NCBI GenBank assembly: GCA_964304625.1
Contig: OZ199838.1
Span: 11,185,608-11,249,607 of the forward strand
Reading direction: 5' to 3'
Length of the DNA stretch: 64,000 nt
Source of the DNA: Kudoa neothunni
Taxonomy: Eukaryota > Animalia > Cnidaria
The position numbers were made by a program, and so were the translations under genes. The notes under the pieces are model-generated. The model saw only the letters and a list, made by a program, of their open reading frames with translations, was not told the origin of the DNA and did no database searches. This document shows, one piece after another, positions 41,409 to 53,726 of this stretch. The first letter of the stretch is position 1. Each line of letters opens with the position of its first letter.

Positions 41409-42526
41409 CACTCCTTGTAATATTAAGTTTCGGTTGCATTCGGAACAACATTGCACTATTAATTTTAAGTAGTTTTAGTGCAAAATGCGCAATTATCATT
41501 TTATATTTTAAGTCCATTCCAAATTAATATTATTGGAGTTTTTCTTATTCATTTTTATTTATATGAAAAAAATGGTTAGTATTAACCTTTTTGAATGTTG
41601 TTAAGTATTTTACATCAACAACGATAATTTTTTATGCATATTCGCTCTAATATAATGCTAATTTTGACTCATCAATTATATTTCGCAAAAATCTAATCAC
41701 TTATTGGCAAAAATATTTGTTCAAAATTACAGTTACCATATAAATAGCGTTTGAAAATAATTGGAACTAAGTCTATATTTATATAAATATCAAAATTTTA
41801 ATTTTATTTCATTGAATAAATTTGGTTCGATTTGCCAAGCGTGGGTGTTTAGGGTTAAAAATAAGAACTTTATCGTATTAGAGGTAAGCTGATCAAATTT
41901 GAAAATTTTATCTATTTGATGTTTTATCAATTTTTAACTGTACAAATTAACATATATTGGTGTTTTTTTGTCTATAGATATTATTCCAATCTACTTATTA
42001 AAAGTAAATATTTCAAAACTATGATCGTTACATTTTTCACACTTCGAACAAGGATTTATACATGTATCAATCTCAAGTAACACCAATCCAATAAGACATT
42101 GAAATGCCATAATTCTACATGCAGATTATTAAGAACCAAAGCGTGTACGTCAAAATTTTAATTTTTATTAGTAAATTAAATACATAGTCTGTAGAATAGA
42201 TTTTAATGTTTTAAGAAACACAATAATACACAAAATTAACATTCACCTGATTTTTTACCCATAAGAGGAAAAAGAACTCCATGGAGACAACACGATTCAA
42301 TTCCCCCAACTGAATGAAACTCTCAGAGGAGATATATTTCGAATAACTCGGCGTCATTAAACACTTATTATACACAAATTAAGTCTAATGTTGAATGTAG
42401 ATATGTAAAAAATGAAATAATGAGAGAAGATAAAAATAAAAATAAGATAAGATAACTTCTATCAAACACAAACAAAGAAACCAATCAAGCACACTAACAA
42501 AAAATTCCCAATCGAATAATCAAATG

Positions 42527-43284
42527 CTAATCAACAGCAGGCTGATAAGCCCAAAATGAGTCATTTAAATGATGCATATTTTCGATGGCAATCCCTTTGT
42601 TTTCCTTAGCACTATAAGTGGCATTAATAGCAAAACCACTAAGCACATGTTCATACATCGTAGCACAATCCATTTTCATAACCCCCACACACATTGGATA
42701 TAGTTTTCCTTCAGCGAGAATTCCAACAACAGTTTCAACTCCACACTCTTCGTTTAATTTGCCACCTTTAGAGGTCAATCCAGGACACATAATATTCGCA
42801 CCCGATAACACAAACTTAATAGCACCCGTATCTACAGTTTGATATTTGAGGATATGTGGGTCTATAAGTGCAATCAATGTTATTGGTGGAGATTATTATA
42901 GAGAGGGCTGGTATAAAACAATACATTGATGTACTAATCTCAGATTTGGTACCCATGGGCCTTTATTTTTCCTGAAAAACAAATATTGTTTATCTAGTCT
43001 AGAAACAATTTCCATTCCATCATGGCTACAGGAAAATAAAAATATTTATTTAATCCATATATACCATTTTGTGAGTAGTAGTGGATCTTTTTTTGGCATG
43101 ATTGCTTCGAGGAGATCGGTTTTCTGCGAAAAAAGGATAATTTTCGCAGATATTTTGTCTTATAGCTCTACATACGCTTGTTTTAAGGCGTTGTTCGTTC
43201 ACAACTATTTCTTTTATATCTCCGCCTCTAAAAAGAGTCAGCAAATGGATGGTGACTATGAAGAGAAAGCAACCTTTTGAACAT
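42527..43284 (-). CDS. MCTS1: MCTS1/Tma20 PUA-domain translation reinitiation factor; one apparent +1 frameshift near 43121
   Basis: [75 protein letters not shown]. Several short introns. Confidence 0.9.
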
Positions 43285-43752
43285 TTATCTTTGCCTGGGT
43301 GCGCGGACATTCTAGAAACAGTGTTTGTTAACATAAAGTTTCTTTTATGTAACATAAATTATTTAGAGTACATTATTAATTGAGATTATTTATGAAATAA
43401 ATATTAAATGCGAAAGCGATAAATAATAAATATATTGAGACTGTGCAATGTCGCCATGTGAGGGGAGTAGATTGCAAAATAAAAAATTATGAGAGCAACT
43501 CAATTAAACTATACCAAATATTTCTATTTTTAATTTAATATGTTTTAGTGAAATTACTACTAAAATTTATAGGAAAATAATAATAATAATAAGTATTAAG
43601 AGCATAAAGCTGGGAAGAAACTTTTTATAAACGTTTTAGAAATAATCATTGATTGGATGATGTTTTATTAATTTTTATGTTAGCCGAAAAAAATTGTAGG
43701 AGCGGCCTAATGTTTATGGCCTATAGGTGACTGAATTTTATATCATATATAG

Positions 43753-44045
43753 CAGGGTTGGCCAAACTCCCGCTCGTGAATCGCATGTGACCCCTGAAAA
43801 AATTTATACCTGGCTTGTTGTTTCATTAAATTTAGATTAAAAGGTATTTGGTTACTTTGAAAGTCACAGGGTAAATGTGAGGTAACATGATTAATTAATG
43901 CTGAATTCAACATTAGTTAAAACTTTTAGATAAAGCAGAAGTATAATGGAAAACGCAAAAATATAATTTTCACGTTTTGTGGCCCAACAAAAATTTGAAG
44001 TTAATCAAATGTGACTCCTATTTTAAGCAAATATTACCAACTTTG
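43753..44045. mobile_element. Degenerate hAT MITE
   Basis: Left CAGGGTTGGCCAAACT; right end weakly inverted (ATATTACCAACTTTG); TSD not convincing. Confidence 0.4.
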
Positions 44046-44402
44046 TTATAGACCAATAATTACAACTTCAATTTAATTTTAAACGACATTTGTAAAATAT
44101 TCAAAAATCCATTATTAGGAAAGTATGAAGTTTATTTTGTGGAATTTGAGACAAATAATTATTTCTTGTCCTAAAGTTAGAAGGATATACCAGAACCAGT
44201 TAGCTACAATTATAGCCACTAGCGCAAAAATGCTATAGACTTCATAAGTAGTCACTCAATCTGCGCCTTATCATAAGAGATGAGTTAAATTACGGTTTTG
44301 TGTACATGTCCACAAATTTAAGTCGTCTCAACTTAGGTCAATATTCATCAAAAAATTATCCAAAACATTAAATGCCTGAGAAAAATATTTTTTTAATAAA
44401 TA

Positions 44403-45753
44403 CTACACAAATTTGAAAATTTTTAAAACGCTAATTTGAGTGGATAAAAAATCAAAACACTTTAAAGCATATTCATAACACAATGAAGCAAGCCTAAAAA
44501 AAGCGTTATCAAATGTTCGGGAAATAAACTTGTTGTTATATACCGCATTAGCAGGAAAGGATCTTATCATAACTGGTGTAAGTCCTTGAAATAATGAACG
44601 GACACCGCCGGTTTGGACCTAAATTCAAATTTTCAAAAAAACATCTCATACAAATCGGTTCAATACAGTATGAGAAAACAAGATGTTTCAAGTTTTTTAT
44701 AAAAGCCATAGGGAGCAGTTTGTTGTCTTGTTTTGAGACTATCAGGGACGATGGATGTGAACCAAAATGTGGAGCCAGCGAGGGCCTTACAAATGTTATG
44801 TTTAATACTAATAAACTAATTCATGCTATGAAAGACCTCCAGCCAACGTAATTTTTGCTAGACCAGCATCTTCTCTTCTGAAATGATAAAAATATCGATA
44901 CGAGTACAACAAAATGGAATAAAAACCTTTCTCCAAGGCTAACCCAATTGCGCAAAATGGCCTCATAAACCACAAAGTAAATTCCACTTCCAGGCAAATC
45001 TTAAGCAAGTATTGACAACGAATAATCAAATTTGCAAAATACCTCTCAACAGAGTGAGTGTGGTGCCCCTTGTAGAGGGCCGGAGATACCTTCAACTTTT
45101 ACGATTTTCTTCAAACAATCCCACGGTCCATTGTAGAGTTTTTTTGAAAAGTTTAGATTGACTCTGGTATTCAATTTGAAATATTTAAACAAACTGCATA
45201 ACACACCTGTAAAGTTGCATTTGATTCTATCAACCGGCACAATAATCGCTGCTGTGAACGCGCCAGAAATCATGCCAGCAACGTAGATTTGGGCCAAACT
45301 ACACTTTCATTTAATCAACCCAAGAACATGTTAAGCAAAAGACTTTAATTGTTGATTGGGTAAAGTTCTTTGAATAGCCTTCCCAAAATTGTATCCAGAA
45401 AACGACACAGCCATCAAAGGAGAAACACTAAGGATAGGAGTGAGCATCCCTTTGTAGAATCCCCGAATCCCCTTAGAAGGCGAATTAAAATATCAATTCC
45501 AAATTAGGGCTCAATGAAGAATACTTCATTTTTTGCGATTTTTTTACAAGCATCACCAAAGCCATTGTAAATGGATTGGGATTTTGTTTGCAATTGTAGA
45601 CGTACCTACGTTTGGTATGATTAGATAAAGAAATGATTATTTTTATTTATAGTCAAATACTTTCACTGTATCCAATGGATGACCCACAAGAACAACGCAA
45701 ATACCTCCAACGCCACCAGCAAAGAAACTTTTTGCTGCGGAACTATCCGACAT
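44403..45753 (-). CDS. SLC25A20: Mitochondrial carnitine/acylcarnitine carrier (SLC25A20/colt/dif-1-like); multiple apparent +1 frameshifts in the 3' half
   Basis: [72 protein letters not shown] and [12 protein letters not shown]: three carrier repeats over ~9 short exons. Confidence 0.85.
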
Positions 45754-46127
45754 TGACACTTTAAAAATTAAAATGTGATTATTATTAGTGATGCGCGCAT
45801 CATAGCTCTCTTTTAAAAATACAAATTTACTGAATAAAATGGAAAACTTAATTTACACTAAAAACAATCACTATAAATTTTCATAACCAATATAATATCG
45901 TTCAAATTCATTTTCGATGAAATCAGTAGAAAATTTGATCAGATGTTTGAACACGTGGTTGGTGTTATACCATATTTTCTTCTTCTTCGTTATTGTATTC
46001 ACCCTTAAATCAATTTAACTTTTTCAAAAAATGTTATTAATTGAATTAATATATTTAAATTTCAATCAAACCATTTGTTTATGATATTGCGCACGCAATT
46101 TGTAATTAGTTTAAATCGTTTCGAGGA
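45754..46127. promoter_or_regulatory. Putative bidirectional promoter between SLC25A20-like and MRPL21-like genes
   Basis: Head-to-head genes ~370 bp apart, each preceded by a GCGC motif (ATGCGCGCAT at 45791; TGCGCACGCA at 46088). Confidence 0.5.
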
Positions 46128-46983
46128 TGAATGTCTTCTCTCACAGTAATAAGATGCATCAATTGCTCATTTATTTTAGATAATAATTTAAATAGAATTT
46201 TTGGTTAACTCATGTAGTTGTAAACTAGCCCCGTACATGTATATAGATAAAGTTGAGCCGATTTTTTAATTTATAATCTTAGTACTGAAAGAATCACCGT
46301 ATTATCCATCAAAAGACATGTTAAAGATAATCAATTTGATGAAAAATTTCGTCGTTTTCAACAACCTGATTATGAAATACCAAAAATAAGTTAGTTACCT
46401 CGTGATATTCTGATATTAGATTAATTGTTATTATCTCGAAAAGATGTGATGGACCATACCAATATTGAACAAATAAAAAGCGTTATAAGCGACTCAGATG
46501 AATATTTTTCGGTGGTTTTCTTCGGTAGTTAATTTCTTTTATTTTTCTCTCACTTTCTACGTTTTTTATATTCACAGATAGAAAACAACACAAACTTATG
46601 AAAGATGATATTTTTTACGTTGACCACATAAATGTAGATCTCGGCGAGGATATTGTGTTAGGAAAAGTAGGTTTTATTTTAAACTACAGTAAGGTCTCGA
46701 TATTGCGCACTAAATCTGGACCTAGGCGTTTACAGCCCAATATCATGGCTGTCAGAGCTTGGATTTTTCCCAGAGATCTCGGGATTACATGATCACCTTG
46801 GGTTCTTGGGGTTTTTTTCATTTTTTACAACATCTTAGGTTTCTACTAAAAACCTATGAACGTAGAATAATAACACATTTTTTTATATGCGACATTAATA
46901 TTTATATTTTTAATAACGTATCCTATTCAGACTATATCATGCGGGATTTAAACATTTACGATATTGAACGGCAACACATTTGA
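46128..46983 (+). CDS. MRPL21: Highly divergent mitochondrial ribosomal protein L21 (bL21m)
   Basis: YFSVVFF..KQHKLMKDDIFYVDHINVDLGEDIVLGKV resembles the L21 N-terminal FAVV..QxKV..D..G..I.L.KV pattern. Start and C-terminal exon structure uncertain; needs one +1 correction near 46766. Confidence 0.55.
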
Positions 46984-49063
46984 TTGTATAACTTGATACG
47001 ATTGAATAACTATTCAGTAAACATTGTGACACATTATTAGATAATTTGGACGTTATTTCAAAATATATCTTGAGTTATGAAGTAATTACTCGTGAGTATA
47101 TTAATCTATACCAGAAATTGGGAGTGAATGAGTGTTCGCGCCAAAAAATTGCAATAATACGACCACAAATTTTAATTTAACATCTAAAAACGTAATTATA
47201 GAATCGTAAGACGATTAAAAATTATAATAGATACGATTTTATTTTTGTTGTACTTTAAACCAGTGTTTTTCTCGACCTTGTGTTCTTTTACATGAACTTG
47301 AGTTTTTTTAAAACCTCACTGGCAGCCCTACCAATATCGAGTTTTTCGAGTGCGCTATAAGAATAAATTTTTAATTTTTTTACGAAAAGATTATACGCTT
47401 TGTTTATATTATTTAATTAGAATGTGAAAGACATCGATCTAACTGTATAAGAATTTTTCATCAAGATTTTTAAAATATCAAGATAATTGAAGGCATCCAT
47501 TCATTTTGTTGGTCGTAATATTTAATAGTTAAATCATTAATTCTTTTAAAATAGTAGACGTCTTTAAATTTATCAATGATATTTTGTAAAAAATTATTTT
47601 CCTGTAAATTTAGCAGTCTATGACGCGATCACAAATTTGTTTTTATTTTAATTTTACTCATTCTTTCTTGCATATGTTCTTAAAAAAGAACTTTTCTTAA
47701 AGCGATTTAATATGTTTCCTTTTTCATGCCTACGTATTACCTTATAAGATTTGATTGCCTAATCATAACCAATATTATCAGAAATGTTCCCCGCTTCTCT
47801 ACGGAGAGAGAACTTTTAAAACTAAGGCGAGTCTTGAAATTTTTTAGCTGAGACTGGTGATTTTAAGATCTTTGCAATAATTTTTGATTTTTCAGTGACT
47901 AAATGATCTAGAATATTTTTCTTTTTTTGAAGTTCAAACATTATCTGATCATATAACTCGATTTCAAGTCGGACACATTTTGCATTTATAATCTTTATTC
48001 CGGTACAAGCAATATTGGGATTCATCATAACAGATTTATTAGACAAAATCCTATTCAGATAAGAATAACTCATTCTAATTCGAATAAAACTCACAATAAC
48101 AAAATACATGGTATTCTATGATGCTCTAACGACATTTATCAGAATTTAAGATTGATTTAATTGAAAAATATATACAAAATAACTTGAATTTTTAACCAAA
48201 ATTTCTTTTATTTCTCACTATACCGAACGTTCGAATGTGTAATTTAGTGGATTGATAGAATTAAAATCTGAAGTAACTATTGTCAATAGCAAGATCCTGA
48301 ATTTTACCAAAATTTTGTCAAATATATGTTATTTCATATTTTTAGGTAAAACTTTAACCAACTAAAAGTATACATACATCAAAAATTTTACAATGTTTAA
48401 TACAGAAATTAAAAAAATGTTTACTACGCTACATCGAAAACCGCAATATCGAGACTTTACTGTAGAAAATTCCTCCTTGCTTTCCGAAGGATATGATACA
48501 ATTATATTTTAATTTTTAAAATATTAAGTAGCATTAATTATAACAATATTTTTCATGAGAATAATCCCTATATATTCTATCTTTAAGGAATTATAATAGT
48601 TAATTATTTTTTGATTTATTAAAAATGTTTTATAGGTGCTTATGGCTGGCTCAGAAAATTTAACGTTAATAGGCAAACCATTATTATCGTAACACTGACA
48701 GTCTGATATCGTTCAAACGCTTATATTGTATTTAGTATCGATCTGGTGCGAGTAAAAGCTAAAGTCGTGGAACATTTTAAACGAAAAATGGTCATCTCCT
48801 ACATAAACAGGGGTCCACATCGTTTCAAGAAAACGACTTGTATCTTCAATTGAAATCATTTGAGAAGGGATTCTCATAACAATTGTTTGTTTAGGTACAA
48901 CTCCTGTGATGACCGCCTTGAAAATTACTGATATAACACTTAATCCTGACTATTTGTATCGACATTATCAACAATAGTTATTATTGTTCTCAAATGTCAT
49001 ATTGAAAAAAACACGCATTTCTAAGGATACAAACAAAATTGTATAATACAAAAAATAATAGGT

Positions 49064-50433
49064 TTATTTTTTGACATAACGTCTTGAAGAAAATTGTCCC
49101 ATCTTTGCGCCTCTAAATTAGCACAATTAGATATTATTAGTTTGAGGTGGTTAAAAATGTTTACTCAAAAATGGTTTTCTGACTATCAGGTGTTGAAATT
49201 AGGTTAGACGAACGAAGTTGAAGCATTTTCTCTTCGAGTTTTCTATCAAGCTCCTCCTCTTTCTAAAATTTAAATGATTTGAATTGAATTTTCACTGAAA
49301 TCTAACTTTAATCTTTTCTACCGAGGATTTTCTAGAAGACTCCCTCCATCTAAATTGAGAGTAGATCAAATATAAATTTAACGCAATATTAAGCAAAATG
49401 TGTAAAAATGTTACTGTGCGTTGGACATCATTCGTTTAAGTTTTTCTTCCCTTTCTCGCTCCGAGATCTCATTTTTACGAGCGTTACTTGAACCAGCTCT
49501 AAATAAGGCTAGATATTCAACTTATTGACAGTTTATAACCTTTTTGATGTAGAATCACCAGATTTGTAAGGATGATGTGATGAGTTTCTTCGTTCAGATC
49601 TTTCGCTGTAATCGTCTCGACGTTCATATCGTCTCGGAGTTTTGAATTTGTCTCGGGATGATTTTGCTGGTGTTTCCCAACCCTTTCTATTAAGCGGAGT
49701 GGCTCCAGGTGTCATACCACCATATCGAGGAGTTTCACCGGTTTTACGGACACTTGTGTTCACCATTTGTTGTATACGAACACTATTGTTGATCAACTCT
49801 TTAGTGGCTGCCAACTCTCTTTTTTTAATAAGAAACAATGGATCTTCCTTGATTTTTCTTTCGAGATCTATGACGCTTGATTGCACACCTCTAAACCCAA
49901 AAACTCTTTTCTTGTCCATTTCCTCCTATGCATTTAATATATTTAAAAGAGTTGGATAAAAATATTTTTCGATGTGTAATTCAAATAAGTCAATCAATCT
50001 AACTATACTTGTTGCTGTTGTTGCTCGAGATAGGCACTACCATCCAAATACTCATTCGTCACCTCTTTTCCAAGCAAAAACTCCTCACTACTCGCTCTAT
50101 TGGCGCTATACATCCACTCCAAACGTTCCTCTTGTTTTCTAAATTAAAAAAAACTCTTCAAAATTTTCAATATCAATAATATCTTTTACTTCATCACACC
50201 AGAACTAGCAGCCTGATCCAAAAGAGACTGCTTCGATCTCTCTTCTTCAATCTCCTTCTTCCGTTCTTCAATTTTCTTCATTTCTTGTTTGTGTCTTTGC
50301 TCCGCTTTCCACACCCTTTCCAAATTTTCCATTGTCAAGGGATGGAAATGCTTTTTCATATTCTACACGCAATCAATTAGTTATATGCTATATATTTTTA
50401 AGTATTATGACTTACCAAATCTCCACCTCCCAT
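49064..50433 (-). CDS. CWC25: Pre-mRNA splicing factor CWC25 homologue, multi-exon
   Basis: MGGGDL|NMKKHFHPLTMENLERVWKAEQ, ERLEWMY, EEFLLGK, KIKEDPLFLIKKRE, EREEKLKRMMSNAQ. GT-AG introns join in frame to a TAA at 49064. Confidence 0.92.
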
Positions 50434-51294
50434 TTTTCCACACTCTCAAAGACAAAAACTACGCTATCCTTATCACTAATCTTGCGCTTGCGCAATAGAG
50501 GTGAGATTTATGAATGTATTTAAGTATTGAAGTAATTGTGCTTTTTTTGGTTCCAGATGTGAATCATTTATTAGATTAAATTTATTGAGATCGTTAAACT
50601 GTTCATTGATAATATTATTGGTTTATAAATATGCTTATTTTCATATTTATATGTTTAATTTAAACAAATAATTTTAAAAATAAATTTGTTGTATTTGAAG
50701 AAGCACGTTTTAATGATTTTTGGCGTGTTTATTGTTATAAAATATGTTGCGTGCGCATGATAATGTAATATAAAAGATATTGTGAGTGTTTTTTGATTCG
50801 ACATTATGAGAGGCATATTAGTTAGATTTTACTCATTAATTATAAAGAATTTTATCTTTAATGTATAAATAGTGTAGACGATTTTGAACTGAAGGATTTG
50901 AGGATAATGCTCATTTAATTGTTCATATAATTGTGTATTTTAATGTTTTCTAGTTTATATGCGTAATTTAGAATATAAATATTCCTTAATTAACTTTTGA
51001 TAAATCATACTAATCAAAATATAGACGTGTTGTATAATAATGTATATGCGCATGCATATTAATCCGTTATTTGGACAGATAAGTTCCCTCTTCTCGTTAT
51101 TCTCTTTATATAACATCTTATAAATAAACGTTATAAGTGAAAAATAAAAGCTGTAAATATGATAGGACTTATTTTCGAAATTTAATTATTTTCGGAAAAA
51201 TTTCGTTATATTCATAAAATATTCCATTGTGTGATTCATTGCTTGCGATACTGTATTTAATTTTAAATAATTAATTCAAAATTGGGTCGAATTC

Positions 51295-52284
51295 GGTCTT
51301 AGCCCCATAATCCTCAATAAAATAGTGCTTGTATTTATTATAAAAACAAATTTTATACAAAACGCAACAAAAAGGCTAATGAGAGTTGTTTGATTGCAGA
51401 TTGATTTTTAGAGATTGTATGAAATCACTCCATAAGTCATGTTGATTTTTTCTTCTCCATTGGAATTCACCAAGAAATTCATTAATGCCATCCATACGAA
51501 CTGTTCCATCCGTATTAACTGATGATGTTCTATTTCTTGGAGGTATTCGGTATTTTATTACACCCAAGTGTCCTTGATAGTGTTGGTGTGAGCTCCCGAA
51601 ACACTATCCACGTATTCTATACTGTGGTTAACAGTGAGGTGGGTGTAAAAATTATCAAGTGTGGCGTAGCTTTTGAAACAGTCAATGATGATAATGGAAC
51701 CTGGTTTAACATAGATTTATATTTTTTTTTATCAGTGTTTCAGTAGTTCTATCAGACACCTCCAAGAACCCATGTTCCGTTAATACCATGGCCTTTGTTA
51801 TGCGTTATTTTACCAAATTTCGACTCATCAATCTCTACGATTGTGTTTTTCCTCCAATTACGATGCCCTCGATTCCTACACTTTCATCCTATCATTTGTC
51901 TAAGGTAGTGCAAATAGTTTGTGGTAGTTCGAGAAGAGTGACCAGTTTAATGATCAAGTTAAGGATTTTTACATCCACTAAACAATATGTCAAATCCATG
52001 CAATCGTTAACTGTTTCATATTTTTGAAGATCGTATAGTCAAAAATGGAGACTTCTTTCCTGCAAGAGTTTGCATAGCATCGCCAATTTTTTCTGTGGGT
52101 CGAAAATCTGATTCCACCACACATAATGCAACCAGTAGGTTCTTCAAGAACGCCACTTTCAATAAGATAATAGAATTTTTCTCTTCACTGAAAATTTTAT
52201 CGAATGTTTTTCTTGGTGCAATCATTGTTGTGTTGTTATTTGAAAATAGTGACTTAATCCTTACACAGAGTCGAGCCTGGACCT
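51295..52284 (-). mobile_element. Merlin (ISXO2-like) transposon, second degenerate copy
   Basis: MIAPRKTFDKIFSEE, IGGKNTIVEIDESKFGK, WVLGGV, IIIDCFKSY, VNHSIEYVDSVSGAHTNTI, FLGEFQWRR. Frameshifted; termini approximate. Confidence 0.85.
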
Positions 52285-52519
52285 GGATGTTGCGTAATTT
52301 CACAAGTTCTTTGAAATATAAAGGATATTTAAATTTTTTACTCATACTTTGCTTTTATATTATTTAAATTAATGTTAACTGAGCAAGCGAAGATAAAAAG
52401 TTCTTATTAAAGAAGTATAAATTTAAGTTAATATATTAAAACTAAAATCTTGCAATCGTGTATCATTTTGTTCAATTTAATCCTCAATCAATCTTTTATT
52501 TGAATTCTGCGAAACAAAA

Positions 52520-53726
52520 ATGACAAGGAAACAGCAAACGGTGGCTGAAAAAATTGAAATAATCGAATACAATAATTCGATTAAATCACTCACAGGAGAA
52601 AAAGAATGATTTTTAAACTTCCCAAGTCATTTAAAAATATAAAATTATCTAATCCCAATATAATACATCTTCAAGGCACTCCACTATTAATAGAATTTCA
52701 GCTTCTCAAAATGATATTATTAATTCTATTATTTCGACTTCAAGAAAAAGAATGAATGAAGACAAATACACAGAGTTAGTTAATTTATTCTATTTATGAA
52801 TAACTAAAATGCGAAAGGAAAAAAAGGTTGTTCCTGCTTACTTAATTGTTGAAAAGACAAAAGGTATCGGTAAATTTATAGACATTGACGAATTTACCGG
52901 TAGTAGTAGTAGTAACGTTTGATTCGTAGAGTTTAAAAATATATTTGGAATTAATTTAAAAAAAAATTCATGGTGAAACCAACAATGTGAATAATCGAAC
53001 TGTGATGGTTTTTTTGATGAAATCACCAAAAATTTCACTACAGTATGAAGAACGAAACGTAATAAATATGGATAATTCAAATTTAATTAAGTATATCATT
53101 TCGGTTTTATTGAAACTTTAAATCATGTATGGGAAAACGTATCATCGATTATAATTCAAAACTGATTTAGAAAATCTAGATTTTTTGAAAATTGTACTTT
53201 GATACTACAATACACCAAATTAAAGATTAATCAATAGATAATGAAAACTTATCTCAATATTTTTCTGAAAATAATGTTAAAAATTTCGTCACACAATTTA
53301 ATTGTTTTTCAATTTTAATTTTTAGATAAAAATATGACGAAACTAACAATATTGAAGAACAGGGAAAAATACATGAGGAATCAATAGCTTTACCTGAAGT
53401 GTATGCAGTTGATAAATTCCAAGGAAATTTCGATCCAACTTTTGTAAAAGATGAAGCGCTTGTGTCAACTGCGGAAATCAAACAATCAATTAATTTAATC
53501 AGAAAACTTAACAGCATTATTTTCAAAACACATAATTATGGAGATAATATCTGAAATAATCCGAAAATGATGCAAATAACTTGAAATCATCAGTTATTTT
53601 AAGCCCCAATAAATTTTTATTTTTTGTACATTGTGCGCATGCGCCACTACTGTATTGCGTAAAATCTCCCCCATTGCGTAATTTTTGGGGAATGGGAAAA
53701 AATTACGCAATATCCAGGTTCGACTG
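52520..53726 (+). mobile_element. Internally deleted pogo/Tigger derivative, copy 2
   Basis: N-terminus MTRKQQTVAEKIEIIEYNNSIKS resembles the pogo at 9248. About 1 kb colinear with 13352-14342. Right TIR TTACGCAATATCCAGGTTCGACTG|TA. Confidence 0.78.

Noticed and set aside
43285-43355. Extended MCTS1 N-terminus from the ORF track (MLHKRNF...)
   Set aside because: The conserved start is MFKR at 43284 followed by an intron; the longer ORF reads through UTR and intron in frame.
51290-52290. Defined TIRs/TSD for the Merlin copies
   Set aside because: Candidate ends (GGTCTTAGCCC vs GGTCCAGGCTC) match poorly and no 8-9 bp TSD is seen.
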